DNA of 64,000 nt, taken from Paracoccaceae bacterium. GTDB lineage: Bacteria; Pseudomonadota; Alphaproteobacteria; Rhodobacterales; Rhodobacteraceae. The translations under genes and the position numbers were made by a program. The stretch lies in the NCBI GenBank assembly GCA_050633265.1, contig JBOEGE010000005.1, positions 227,413 through 291,412 on the forward strand, read 5' to 3'. The notes under the pieces were generated by a model. The model worked only from the letters and a program-made list of their open reading frames with translations. It was not told the origin of the DNA and did not search any database. Numbering within the stretch: the stretch's first letter is position 1; every line of letters begins with the position of its first letter. Shown in pieces: positions 1 to 9,414 of the stretch.

Positions 1-101
1 GCGCCTGACATTCGAGAACTTCAAAAAGTATTATTTCTACCAATATCTCTCGACGGTCACGTTCTCGAATGTCATGCTAAATTGATATCGTAATTTGAAA
101 G

Positions 102-1079
102 GTGACAGTGTTTATGGGATGGAAAGGGACAATGCGCTCCGTGGCGGCAACCGCGCGCCGAATGGAGAAAGAAGCGCAAAGGCGGCACAAGCAATCGCTC
201 AAAGAACAGGTTGCAGCGAACGCAAACGATGCCGTGACGAGTTGGGAAAACTACCTCGAGGAACTTCTGTCTGTTCATACCAGTTTAGCCGAACGAATAG
301 ATTGGCAAGCTATGCTCGCTGTACCGGCGCCTACACGCCCCAAAACTGTCAGTACTCATCTCGATAGCGCTACACGGGCCTTGGAAAAATTTAAGCCGGG
401 AATACTTGATTTTTTGTCCGGCGGCACGGCGAAGAAAAGAGCTAAGCTCGAGAAAAACCTCAAGGCGGCACCGGACAAAGACCGTATTGAAAACGACCGC
501 CAACTTCGCAAATATGAAAACGCTCTCTCAGAGTGGGAATGCGATAACAGCCTCGCAAAAAAACTGATCAACGGTAATGATGCCGCCATCAAAGAGGTAT
601 TAAACGAGTTTCAAACGTTGAGTGAACACGATTTGATCGGCTCTTCAGTGCAGTTTTCCATATGCGACGGAGTCGTCCACGCGAAGCCTCAAGTCCATTC
701 TGACGAAGTCGTTCCTAACTTTCGACGTAAACAGCTTGCAAGTGGAAAGCTATCCGAAACGAAAATGCCTATTGGGCAATTCAATGAACTCTACCAAGAT
801 TATGTCGCGAGCGTTGCGCTTAAATTGGCCGGTGATCTGTTTCAAATCCTGCCATTGGATGAGGTATATGTAACATGTGAAAGTGAAATGCTTAATTCCG
901 CCACAGGACATCAGGAAGTAACACCCATTCTATCAGTTCAATTCGTGCGCAGAACCTTTCAGACATTGAACCTAAAGAGTATCGACCCATCAGACTCGAT
1001 GAATAATTTCAACCATGCCATGAAGTTTAGCAAAACGAAGGGGTTTTCTGCCGTTGTTGCGCTTGTGAGCGACGAATAG
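102..1079 (+). CDS. hypothetical protein in AT-rich segment (start uncertain: GTG 102, ATG 114 or ATG 132)
   Basis: Only long ORF here (325 aa). It has a basic helical N-terminus (ARRMEKEAQRRHKQ) and no motif I can name. The local base composition is visibly more AT-rich than the rest of the host DNA. Confidence 0.5.
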   Translation: MTVFMGWKGTMRSVAATARRMEKEAQRRHKQSLKEQVAANANDAVTSWENYLEELLSVHTSLAERIDWQAMLAVPAPTRPKTVSTHLDSATRALEKFKPGILDFLSGGTAKKRAKLEKNLKAAPDKDRIENDRQLRKYENALSEWECDNSLAKKLINGNDAAIKEVLNEFQTLSEHDLIGSSVQFSICDGVVHAKPQVHSDEVVPNFRRKQLASGKLSETKMPIGQFNELYQDYVASVALKLAGDLFQILPLDEVYVTCESEMLNSATGHQEVTPILSVQFVRRTFQTLNLKSIDPSDSMNNFNHAMKFSKTKGFSAVVALVSDE

Positions 1080-1173
1080 GGCGAACTTTCCAACAAGTAC
1101 CTAGGCCATGCAACACCGCATTCCCCCCGCTCCCCCGCCGCGCTAAACTCCCCCAGCAAAGCCCGGAGCCCCC

Positions 1174-1755
1174 ATGCCCTACCGCTGGAACGAGACAGAG
1201 ACCAAAGCCCCCGAATGGCGCGGCCATAGCGAATGGCACGCCCATGCCAATCCCCCCGCCCATGCATCCCACGCCGAGGGCGCAGCCCCCCTCGCCACCC
1301 TCACCCTCTGGCCAAACCGCTCGCTTGCCCCCAAAGGCTTTGCCGCAGCAATCCTGCTGCTCTTTACCCTCGGCACAATCCCCGTGCTCTCCCTGCTCGG
1401 CTCCAAACTGCTCTGGGTCATCGCCGCCTTTACCCTAAGCGTCCTCGCCGCCCTCTGGATCGCCCTTCAAAAAAGCTACCGTCGCGGCCTTGGTGAGGCG
1501 ATCCACATCTGGCCCGATCACCTGATCCTCACCAGAACCAATCCGCGCGGCCCCGATCAGATCTTCGAGGCCAACCCCTACTGGCTGCGCCTCACCATCC
1601 GCGCCAATGGCGGCCCGGTCGAGCAATACCTAACCCTCAAAGGCGGCCTCAAAGACCCAAAGCGCGAAGTCGAGCTCGGCGCCTTCCTCAGCCCCGAAGA
1701 ACGCCTCCAGCTGCGCGATGATCTCGCCTTTGTCCTTGGCCAGCTCAATCCCTAA
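1174..1755 (+). CDS. DUF2244-like integral membrane protein
   Basis: Two adjacent TM helices (AAAILLLFTLGTIPVLSLL / LLWVIAAFTLSVLAALWIAL) are followed by ANPYWLRL...YLTLKGG...VELGAFLSPEERLQL. I recall this pattern from DUF2244. Confidence 0.6.
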   Translation: MPYRWNETETKAPEWRGHSEWHAHANPPAHASHAEGAAPLATLTLWPNRSLAPKGFAAAILLLFTLGTIPVLSLLGSKLLWVIAAFTLSVLAALWIALQKSYRRGLGEAIHIWPDHLILTRTNPRGPDQIFEANPYWLRLTIRANGGPVEQYLTLKGGLKDPKREVELGAFLSPEERLQLRDDLAFVLGQLNP

Positions 1756-1941
1756 AGCCGCACACCCAAACCCATTCACAGTTGTGCAAATATCCCGGGG
1801 GAGAGCACAGCTCGGGGGCAGCGCCCCCATAAGCCCTCCCAAGCGCAAAACCGACCCAACCACCCTCAACCCGCCACAAAAACGCAAAAAGCCGCACCCA
1901 GTTTCCCAAGCGCGGCCCCTCAAAATCTCAAATGCCCAAGC

Positions 1942-2400
1942 TTACCCGAGCTTGTCTTTCACCATCGGCCCCGCCGCGCTAAAATCCATCTGCCCGGTGT
2001 ATTTCGCCTTAAGCGCCGCCATCACGCGGCCCATATCGCGAATTGATTCTGCTCCGGCCTCAGCAATCGCCGCATCAACAGCCGCAGCAGCCTCGTCATC
2101 GCTCAACTGGCGCGGCAGGAATTCCTCAATCACGGTGATCTCAAAAAGCTCCTTCTCGGCCAATTCAAGCCGCCCGCCTTCTTCATAAGCGCGCGCAGAT
2201 TCTTGCCGCTGCTTCACCATTTTGCCAAGAATCCCAAGCACATCGCCCTCAGCAACCCCGGTATCATCGCCCTCACCCCGAAGCGCAATATCGCGATCCT
2301 TGATGGCTGCATTGATCAGGCGCAGCGTCGAAAGTCGCTCCACATCCCTGGCCTTCATCGCAACCTTCAAAGAGTCGCTGATCTTTTCGCGTAGTCCCAT
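1942..2400 (-). CDS. yqeY: GatB/YqeY domain protein
   Basis: Contains LREKISDSLKVAMKARD..LSTLRLINAAIKDRDI...MVKQRQESARAYEEGGR.ELAEKE. ATG 2400 was chosen rather than the upstream ORF start at 2481. Confidence 0.85.
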   Translation of the reverse strand: MGLREKISDSLKVAMKARDVERLSTLRLINAAIKDRDIALRGEGDDTGVAEGDVLGILGKMVKQRQESARAYEEGGRLELAEKELFEITVIEEFLPRQLSDDEAAAAVDAAIAEAGAESIRDMGRVMAALKAKYTGQMDFSAAGPMVKDKLG

Positions 2401-2606
2401 TCGGTATCTCATCCCCTGACATTTCCGAAGTCCCCACACTACAGCGCCGCAATTCTCATAACAACCATTGATATTCCCCATAAGCGCTTGAAATCGTTAC
2501 GTTCCCAAATCTGCGCAAAAGCCGCCGCCAGCCCTTGACCCGCCCCGCCCCTTTCCATAGGTTCCCCACAATTTTGCACCCACAACCTGCCTCGGGGAGT
2601 CGCGCC

Positions 2607-3773
2607 ATGTCTGCTGTTGCCGCAACACAAGCTTCAGAGAAACCAACGGCCTGCCTCGCGCTGGCTGATGGCACATTGTTCTACGGCAAAGGCTTCGGCG
2701 CGCCGGGCCAAACGGTCGCGGAACTGTGCTTCAACACCGCGATGACCGGCTACCAAGAAATCATGACAGACCCGTCTTATGCCGGCCAAGTCGTGACCTT
2801 CACCTTCCCCCATATCGGCAACACAGGGATCAACCCAGAGGATGATGAAACGGGCGATCCAGTGGCCCAGGGGATGATCGTCAAATGGGATCCAACCGAG
2901 GCCTCAAACTGGCGCGCGACCCAAGAATTAAACGCCTGGCTGGCAGCGCGCGGCCGCATCGGCATGGGCGGCCTCGATACCCGCCGCCTCACCCGCGCCA
3001 TCCGCCAACACGGCGCGCCCCATGTCGCTCTGGCCTATGATCCCGAAGGCAACTTCGATATCGAAGCCCTGGTTGCCGCCGCGCGCGCTTTTGCTGGGCT
3101 CGAAGGGCAAGACCTGGCCAAAGATGTGAGCTGCACCCAAAGCTATGTCTGGGATGAAATGCGCTGGGCCTGGCCCGATGGTTTCCCCAAACGGACCGGC
3201 CCCGGCCACAAGGTCGTCGCCATTGATTTCGGCGCCAAACGCAACATCCTGCGCTGCCTGGCCTCGGCGGGCTGCGATGTCACTGTGCTGCCGGCAACGG
3301 CCACGGCTGAAGAGGTGCTCGCGCATAATCCGGCGGGCGTTTTCCTCTCTAATGGGCCGGGCGATCCGGCGGCCACAGGCGCATATGCGGTCCCGATGAT
3401 CAAAGGTATTCTGGCGGCAGACCTGCCCATCTTTGGCATCTGTCTGGGCCACCAAATGCTCGCGCTTGCGCTTGGCGCCAAGACCGTAAAGATGAATCAC
3501 GGCCATCACGGCGCGAACCATCCGGTTAAAGATAAAGAAACTGGTAAGGTTGAAATCACCTCGATGAACCATGGCTTTACCGTGGATGCCCAAACCCTGC
3601 CAAAAGGCGTTATGGAAACCCATGTCTCGCTGTTTGATGGCTCCAATTGCGGCATCCGCATGGAAGATAAACCAGTGTTTTCAGTGCAGTACCACCCAGA
3701 AGCCAGCCCGGGCCCGATGGACAGCTACTACCTGTTTGAACGGTTCACCGATGCGATGAGCGCCCGCGCCTAA
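2607..3773 (+). CDS. carA: carbamoyl-phosphate synthase small (glutaminase) subunit
   Basis: Contains LALADGTLFYGKGFGA, FNTAMTGYQEIMTDPSYAGQ, GICLGHQMLALA and FSVQYHPEASPGP. ATG 2607 was chosen within the longer ORF. Confidence 0.95.
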   Translation: MSAVAATQASEKPTACLALADGTLFYGKGFGAPGQTVAELCFNTAMTGYQEIMTDPSYAGQVVTFTFPHIGNTGINPEDDETGDPVAQGMIVKWDPTEASNWRATQELNAWLAARGRIGMGGLDTRRLTRAIRQHGAPHVALAYDPEGNFDIEALVAAARAFAGLEGQDLAKDVSCTQSYVWDEMRWAWPDGFPKRTGPGHKVVAIDFGAKRNILRCLASAGCDVTVLPATATAEEVLAHNPAGVFLSNGPGDPAATGAYAVPMIKGILAADLPIFGICLGHQMLALALGAKTVKMNHGHHGANHPVKDKETGKVEITSMNHGFTVDAQTLPKGVMETHVSLFDGSNCGIRMEDKPVFSVQYHPEASPGPMDSYYLFERFTDAMSARA

Positions 3774-3894
3774 AGCCAAACAACCGCCCAGAAGCCGCAC
3801 CAGCTTTTCCTTAGGGAAGGCGCTAAAATTAACGGCTTCTTAACCACAATTGATGAAACCTAGCTAAGACAATTCTGCACTTAAGCTGGCCTTC

Positions 3895-6378
3895 ATGACC
3901 TCACCTTCTCAGCATCCGCTGCGGCCCGATCCTGCATTTGGCCCTGCCCGCGCAACTGTGCGCGAAAACGCCACAGAGCCAGCCTCATTGCCCCGCGCAA
4001 CTGAGGCCCAAAGCGCAGATCAATCCCCCCGCTCTCCCGCCAAACCGGCCCAAACCCGCAAACCGCTGGGGCAAATGATGGTCGAGCTGGGGATGCTTAG
4101 CCCCGAAGATCTGATGCGCGCTGTGGCAATCCAGGCCCGCGAAGAAGCGCTCTTTGGTGATATCCTCCTTGCGCATGATATGGTCAGCGAGGCGGATCTG
4201 TTTCAAACCCTTGCGGTGCAATACAACGCCGAAGTGGCCGATTTCAAAACCCGCGCGCCGGATGTGCGCTTGATAGATATTGTCGGCGCGGATACCTGCC
4301 TGCGCGAAGGGATCCTGCCCTGGTATCGCGTTGGAAACATAACAATTGTGGCCTGCTGCCAGCCCGAACGTTTTGAAGCCCTGCGCGCCAAACTCTCGCC
4401 TGAATTTGGCAAAGTGCGCATGGCCATCGCCTCTGAAACCGCCCTTCACCAAGCGCTGCTCCTCTCGCGCCAGCGCCATCTTGCCGCCTCAGCAGAAACC
4501 CGCGTTGCCAAGCACGAAAGCTGCCGCGATTGGGATACCAAACCCTTCGCCCGCCTTGGCATCGCCGCCGCCTGCCTGGCCGCGGCCCTCATGCTCACCG
4601 CGCCCCATATTCTCTTTGGCCTGCTCTGCACATGGGCAATCATCACATTGCTGCTGAATTCCGCGCTGAAAGTCGGCGCGGCCATCGCCCAGACCCATTG
4701 GATGCAGCGCGATGACATCACCAATCAAGCGGCGCAAACCGCCAATAATACCGCGCCCATGCGCCTGCCCACCGTTTCAATCATGGTGCCGCTGTTTCGC
4801 GAACGCGAGATCGCAGGCCGCCTCATTCGCCGCCTTTCCCGGCTCAATTACCCGCGTGAATTGCTCGATATTTGCCTCGTTGTCGAAGAGGATGATGCGG
4901 TCACTCAAACGGCTGTGTCCAACACCAAACTGCCACGCTGGATGCGCCAAATCGTTGTCCCGCGCGGGGCCGTCAAAACCAAACCGCGGGCGCTGAATTT
5001 TGCGCTTGATTTCTGCCGTGGCTCGGTGATTGGGGTCTATGATGCCGAGGATGCGCCCGACCCCGATCAAATCCACAAAATCGTGCGCCGCTTTCATGAA
5101 CGTGGGCCCGAAGTCGCTTGCTTGCAAGGGATATTGGATTTTTACAACAGCCGCACAAACTGGCTATCGCGTTGTTTTACAATAGAATATGCAACTTGGT
5201 TCCGCCTTGTCCTGCCCGGGCTAGAGCGTATGGGCCTTGTTGTTCCTCTTGGTGGCACAACGCTGTTTTTTCGCCGCGAAGCGCTTGAGGAGCTCGGTGG
5301 ATGGGATGCGCATAACGTCACTGAAGACGCCGATCTTGGCATTCGCCTCGCGCGCCATGGCTACCGCACCGAACTGATTTCAACCGTTACCGAAGAAGAA
5401 GCAAACTGCCGCTTTTGGCCTTGGGTCAAGCAGCGTTCGCGTTGGCTCAAAGGCTATGCGATGACTTGGGCTGTGCATATGCGCAACCCGGCCGCCCTGT
5501 GGCGCGAGCTTGGCGCTTGGCGCTTTTTCGGGGTGCAATTGCTCTTCCTTGGAACCCTGTCGCAATTCATCCTCGCGCCGGTATTGTGGAGCTTCTGGGC
5601 CATACCGCTTGGCCTGTGGCATCCTTTGCGCGGCGTGCTCCCGATGGATGGGTTCATGATCCTTGGCGCGGTCTTTCTTGCCTCGGAACTGCTCTCGGTT
5701 TGGCTTGGGGTGCTTGCTGTCTCCGGGCCCAAACATCGCGGGCTTTGGCTCTGGGTGCCGACCATGCATTTCTATTTTCCGCTTGGCGCATTGGCCGCCT
5801 ATAAAGGGCTTTGGGAAGTGATCAAACGGCCCTATTTCTGGGATAAAACCGCCCATGGCATTGATGATATGGTCGAACATGTAAAGGCAGAAGAGGCCAA
5901 TTCAGCGCTCAATGAGGGGCGCGAGCCCTATGAAACAATGCCCCACAAACCCGCTGCCCCCGCGCCGCTTTCTGGCCTGCGCCCCGCGCCGCCAAAACCG
6001 GCCGAAATCCTGCTCCTGCGCGATCCGATCCCAGCCCCAGATCACCGCCCATCCCCGCAACAAAACGCAGCCATTGCCGCCGCTCTTAGCGCGCCAATCA
6101 ATGCCCCGCGCAGCGCAGAGGCCCTTGCCAAGGCCCCCAAGGCATCCGCGCCCTTGGAGCTTCTCGTTTTGACAAACCCAAGCGCCCTATCGCTGCAAAA
6201 ACCCGCACCATCTAGACCGGATGCACCGCCAAATTTCGCGGCCCTAAAATCCGCAGCCCCAAAATCCGTTGCAGCGCCAACAATCCCCGCAGCGCCGCCA
6301 ATGCCAAAGGCCCGCCCGCCCAAAATACAAGCGCGCCCAAACCTGAGCTTTGAACCAAGCCTGCTGATTGCAGAATAG
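3895..6378 (+). CDS. processive family-2 glycosyltransferase (membrane polysaccharide synthase) with N-terminal MshEN/GspE_N-type domain and Pro/Ala-rich C-terminal tail
   Basis: The GT2 core has YDAEDAPD and QRSRWLKG (the Q-x-x-R-W type motif) flanked by several TM helices. The N-terminus carries two tandem 24-residue MshEN-like motifs. The last ~140 aa are low-complexity P/A-rich. Confidence 0.8.
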   Translation: MTSPSQHPLRPDPAFGPARATVRENATEPASLPRATEAQSADQSPRSPAKPAQTRKPLGQMMVELGMLSPEDLMRAVAIQAREEALFGDILLAHDMVSEADLFQTLAVQYNAEVADFKTRAPDVRLIDIVGADTCLREGILPWYRVGNITIVACCQPERFEALRAKLSPEFGKVRMAIASETALHQALLLSRQRHLAASAETRVAKHESCRDWDTKPFARLGIAAACLAAALMLTAPHILFGLLCTWAIITLLLNSALKVGAAIAQTHWMQRDDITNQAAQTANNTAPMRLPTVSIMVPLFREREIAGRLIRRLSRLNYPRELLDICLVVEEDDAVTQTAVSNTKLPRWMRQIVVPRGAVKTKPRALNFALDFCRGSVIGVYDAEDAPDPDQIHKIVRRFHERGPEVACLQGILDFYNSRTNWLSRCFTIEYATWFRLVLPGLERMGLVVPLGGTTLFFRREALEELGGWDAHNVTEDADLGIRLARHGYRTELISTVTEEEANCRFWPWVKQRSRWLKGYAMTWAVHMRNPAALWRELGAWRFFGVQLLFLGTLSQFILAPVLWSFWAIPLGLWHPLRGVLPMDGFMILGAVFLASELLSVWLGVLAVSGPKHRGLWLWVPTMHFYFPLGALAAYKGLWEVIKRPYFWDKTAHGIDDMVEHVKAEEANSALNEGREPYETMPHKPAAPAPLSGLRPAPPKPAEILLLRDPIPAPDHRPSPQQNAAIAAALSAPINAPRSAEALAKAPKASAPLELLVLTNPSALSLQKPAPSRPDAPPNFAALKSAAPKSVAAPTIPAAPPMPKARPPKIQARPNLSFEPSLLIAE
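4063..4221 (+). other. tandem MshEN-type putative c-di-GMP binding motifs inside the GT2 gene
   Basis: PLGQMMVELGMLSPEDLMRAVAIQ - AREEA - LFGDILLAHDMVSEADLFQTLAVQ fits the remembered RLGxx(LVI)(LVI)xxG(LVI)(LVI)xxxxLxxxLxxQ pattern twice, with a 5-residue spacer. Confidence 0.6.
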
Positions 6379-6384
6379 CGCGGG

Positions 6385-7044
6385 CTAGAATTCCTGCTTT
6401 TGCGCGTCAATTTTCAGCCGCGTCACAAAGGCCTTGGAAATATGCGTGCGCAGCGCCTCATCCGCAGCATCCCCATCGCCCGCCTCAATCGCGCTGACAA
6501 TGCGATCATGTTCGGCCAATGCGATCTCATCACGCCCCTCAACGGCCAAAGATGTCGTCGCCAAAAGCGCCATCGAGCGATGCACCAAATCCAATTGCTG
6601 CACCAAAAACCGATTGTGTGAGGCCAGGTGAATCTGTTTGTGAAAGCGCCGATTGGAGCGCGAAAGCGCCTCTGGATCGCCCAAATAAGCACGATCCTCT
6701 TCGATCATATCGCGCAACAGCTGCACCTCCTCGGGCGCGGCATGGCGCGCGGCAAGGCGCGCGGCCAAGCCTTCGAGCTCGGTGCGCACAACATATAGCT
6801 CGGCCAATTGATTGTGATCAAGGGAGGCCACAATCAAAGAGCGCCCATCGCGCGCCAGCAAGGATTGCGTCTCAAGCCGTTGTAATGCTTCACGAATTGG
6901 CGTGCGCGAAACCCCAAACCGCTCGGCCAACTCGCTCTCAACAAGCCGATCGCCGGGCTTATAGGCCCCTGTGTCAATCGCCTCCAAAATCAGCCCATAG
7001 GCATCCTTTTGGGCGGGTCTGTGATCTGTCATTCGCCTCTCCAT
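6385..7044 (-). CDS. GntR family transcriptional regulator (FadR/FCD-type C-terminal domain)
   Basis: N-terminal wHTH with GDRLVESELAERFGVSRTPIREALQRLE, followed by a helical C-terminal domain. Confidence 0.85.
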   Translation of the reverse strand: MERRMTDHRPAQKDAYGLILEAIDTGAYKPGDRLVESELAERFGVSRTPIREALQRLETQSLLARDGRSLIVASLDHNQLAELYVVRTELEGLAARLAARHAAPEEVQLLRDMIEEDRAYLGDPEALSRSNRRFHKQIHLASHNRFLVQQLDLVHRSMALLATTSLAVEGRDEIALAEHDRIVSAIEAGDGDAADEALRTHISKAFVTRLKIDAQKQEF

Positions 7045-7140
7045 AGCCGAAGCCGCACCCTAACCGCGCAAGGGCCGATCGATCAAGCATCGCGCGCAAG
7101 TTTGATTGCTGTAAACGCCGCAAAGCGCTAGAGATACCCA

Positions 7141-7893
7141 ATGAAACCACCCGCACCCAACACCGATCAAACCGCCAGCCATGCGCCCGATTTCGCCCAT
7201 GTCCGCGAATGGGTCTTTGATCTCGACAATACGCTTTACCCCCCCGAAGTGCACCTGTTTGGCCAGATCGAGATCCGCATGACCGCCTGGGTGATGAGAG
7301 AGCTCGGCATCAATCGGGCCCGCGCCGATCACCTGCGCCAGCATTATTGGCACAGCTATGGCACCACGCTCACCGGGCTGATGCGCGAACATGGCATCTC
7401 GCCCGAGGGTTACCTTAGCGAGGTGCACGATATTGATTTCACCGTGCTGCAAAAGGCCCCCGATCTCGCGGCCAATATCGCCAATCTGCCGGGCCGCAAG
7501 ATCATCTATACCAATGGCACCCGCCCCTATGCCGAGCAAGTGCTTGAAGCGCGCGGGCTTTCGGGGCTTTTTGATGCGATCTATGGGGTCGAACACGCCG
7601 ATTTTCGCCCCAAGCCGGAACGCGCAGCCTTTGAGGCGATCTTTGCCATGGATGGGATCACCCCCACTCAGGCCGCAATGTTTGAGGATGATCCGCGCAA
7701 TCTTGCCGCGCCCCACGATATGGGCATGCGCACCGTATATGTGGCCCCAGCGCCCCTGCCGCCAAATGCGCATATCCATCACCACACCGATAATCTTACG
7801 GCCTTCTTGTCGCATCTGGGCGATGCGCCCTTTCCCGGGCCTGCGGATCGCCATAGTCTGCCCCCGATAAGCACAGGCGGGAAAGACCCATGA
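7141..7893 (+). CDS. HAD-superfamily pyrimidine 5'-nucleotidase-like hydrolase
   Basis: WVFDLDNTLY (the DxD nucleophile motif), YTNG and MFEDDPRNL. The stop overlaps the next gene's start (ATGA). Confidence 0.8.
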   Translation: MKPPAPNTDQTASHAPDFAHVREWVFDLDNTLYPPEVHLFGQIEIRMTAWVMRELGINRARADHLRQHYWHSYGTTLTGLMREHGISPEGYLSEVHDIDFTVLQKAPDLAANIANLPGRKIIYTNGTRPYAEQVLEARGLSGLFDAIYGVEHADFRPKPERAAFEAIFAMDGITPTQAAMFEDDPRNLAAPHDMGMRTVYVAPAPLPPNAHIHHHTDNLTAFLSHLGDAPFPGPADRHSLPPISTGGKDP

Positions 7894-9092
7894 GCAGGCG
7901 CGAAAAAACCGATGTCTTGATTGTTGGTGGCGGCATTGCCGGGCTGGTCGCAGCGGCGGCCTTTGGGCGGGCAGGATTTGAAACGATCCTTGTTGATCCG
8001 GCCCCGCCTATCGTGAGCGATGCCGATCCAAGCGCCGATCTGCGCTCGACCGCTTTTTTGCGCCCCGCGCGTGATCTGTTTGAGCATATCGGCATCTGGG
8101 GCGCGCTGAAAGATTGGGCCACGCCGCTTGAAGCCCTGCGCATTGTCGATACGATTGGCGATCCGCCCGAGCCGCGCGATCAACGCTTGTTTCGCGGCGA
8201 AGATCTGAACTATGCGCCCTTTGGCTGGAATTTCCTCAACTGGAAAATTCGCGCGGCCTTGCTTGAGGTTATCAGCGAGATGCCAGGGATTTCGCTGCGC
8301 TACGGCACCGGTTTCAAATCGCTTTTGACCCGCACCAACAGCGCGATTGTCGGGCTCAGCGATGGCGCGCGGATTGAGGCCAAGCTCGTCATCGGCGCCG
8401 ATGGCCGCGCCTCGCCCCTGCGCGAAGCGGCTGGGATTGCCGTTGAAACGATCCAATACGGCCAAAAAGCCCTCGCCTTTACCGCGATCCATGACGCGCC
8501 CCATGAAAACATCTCGACCGAGATATATCACCAAGGCGGCCCGTTCACGATGGTGCCCCTGCCCGATCATCAGGGGCGGCCCGCCTCTGCCATTGTCTGG
8601 ATGAATAAGGGGCCGCGCGCCCAGGCCCTGCTCAAGATGAAAGAGGCCGCGTTTAACAGCGAAATGGCTGCGCGAAGCTGCGATCTCTTTGGCGAAATCA
8701 AGCTGGCCTCGCGCCGCGCCGCCTTCCCGATCATCACCCAACGCGCCAAATCTCTTACCGCAGAGCGCACCGCTTTGATCGCCGAAGCTGCGCATGTTTT
8801 GCCGCCCATCGGCGCGCAGGGGCTCAACACATCGCTCAATGATATCGCCGCATTGCTCAGCGCCGCCGAGGCTGATCCGGCCCAGATCGGCAGCACAGTG
8901 ATGCTTGAAACCTATAACAAAGCCCGTGCGCGCGATATTGCCGTGCGCGCCCATGCAATTGATCTGTTCAACCGGGTGACCCGCGCGCCGCAAGCCCCGC
9001 TGCAAGCGCTGCGCCTTGCCGGGCTCAAAGCTGTGCATGATATAGCGCCCCTGCGCCGCCGCCTGATGCGCGCCGGAATGGAGCCGCTTTAA
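7890..9092 (+). CDS. UbiH/UbiF/VisC/COQ6-family FAD-dependent monooxygenase
   Basis: DVLIVGGGIAGLVAA Rossmann motif, LVIGADGRASPLRE and IAEAAHVLPPIGAQGLN. Confidence 0.85.
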   Translation: MSRREKTDVLIVGGGIAGLVAAAAFGRAGFETILVDPAPPIVSDADPSADLRSTAFLRPARDLFEHIGIWGALKDWATPLEALRIVDTIGDPPEPRDQRLFRGEDLNYAPFGWNFLNWKIRAALLEVISEMPGISLRYGTGFKSLLTRTNSAIVGLSDGARIEAKLVIGADGRASPLREAAGIAVETIQYGQKALAFTAIHDAPHENISTEIYHQGGPFTMVPLPDHQGRPASAIVWMNKGPRAQALLKMKEAAFNSEMAARSCDLFGEIKLASRRAAFPIITQRAKSLTAERTALIAEAAHVLPPIGAQGLNTSLNDIAALLSAAEADPAQIGSTVMLETYNKARARDIAVRAHAIDLFNRVTRAPQAPLQALRLAGLKAVHDIAPLRRRLMRAGMEPL

Positions 9093-9110
9093 GAGCCATA
9101 AAGCGGCCAA

Positions 9111-9192
9111 AACCCGCGCCATTTCGGGGCCGAACCCACGCCATTTCGAGGCCTAACCCACGCCATTTCGGGGCCGAACCTAGGCCAAATCG
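9111..9192. repeat. 22-bp tandem repeat, about 3.5 copies
   Basis: The units are acccgcgccatttcggggccga / acccacgccatttcgaggccta / acccacgccatttcggggccga / acctaggccaaatcgg, lying directly after the ubiH-family gene. Confidence 0.85.
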
Positions 9193-9193
9193 G

Positions 9194-9230
9194 TTAACTT
9201 TGATTAACAATTCCTTAGCAAAACCTTAAC
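9194..9230 (+). promoter_or_regulatory. four helically phased TTAAC/TTAGC half-sites (CtrA-box-like)
   Basis: TTAAC at 9194, TTAAC at 9204, TTAGC at 9215 and TTAAC at 9226, spaced 10/11/11 bp. TTAG-N7-TTAAC (9215-9230) is one mismatch from the TTAA-N7-TTAAC CtrA consensus. Confidence 0.3.
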
Positions 9231-9414
9231 AAAACGGGGTTTTTGCCGCAAAATCAGCCCCGCTCCCGGCCAAACGTGATTCTTTGGCCACAATTTACCT
9301 AAAGTAAACCTACAGACGCGCGCGCCCGCTTGCCAAGCAAAGCACTTGCCCGCAGACTCACCTTACTGAGGTAAAAAAGGGGCGCTATAAGCCCCGTTGA
9401 GTAGAGTGTGTATC

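Noticed and set aside
7779-9122. 447-aa minus-strand ORF (and 7060..7854 minus)
   Set aside because: They are antisense to the UbiH-family and HAD hydrolase genes, and their composition is typical of a shadow ORF.
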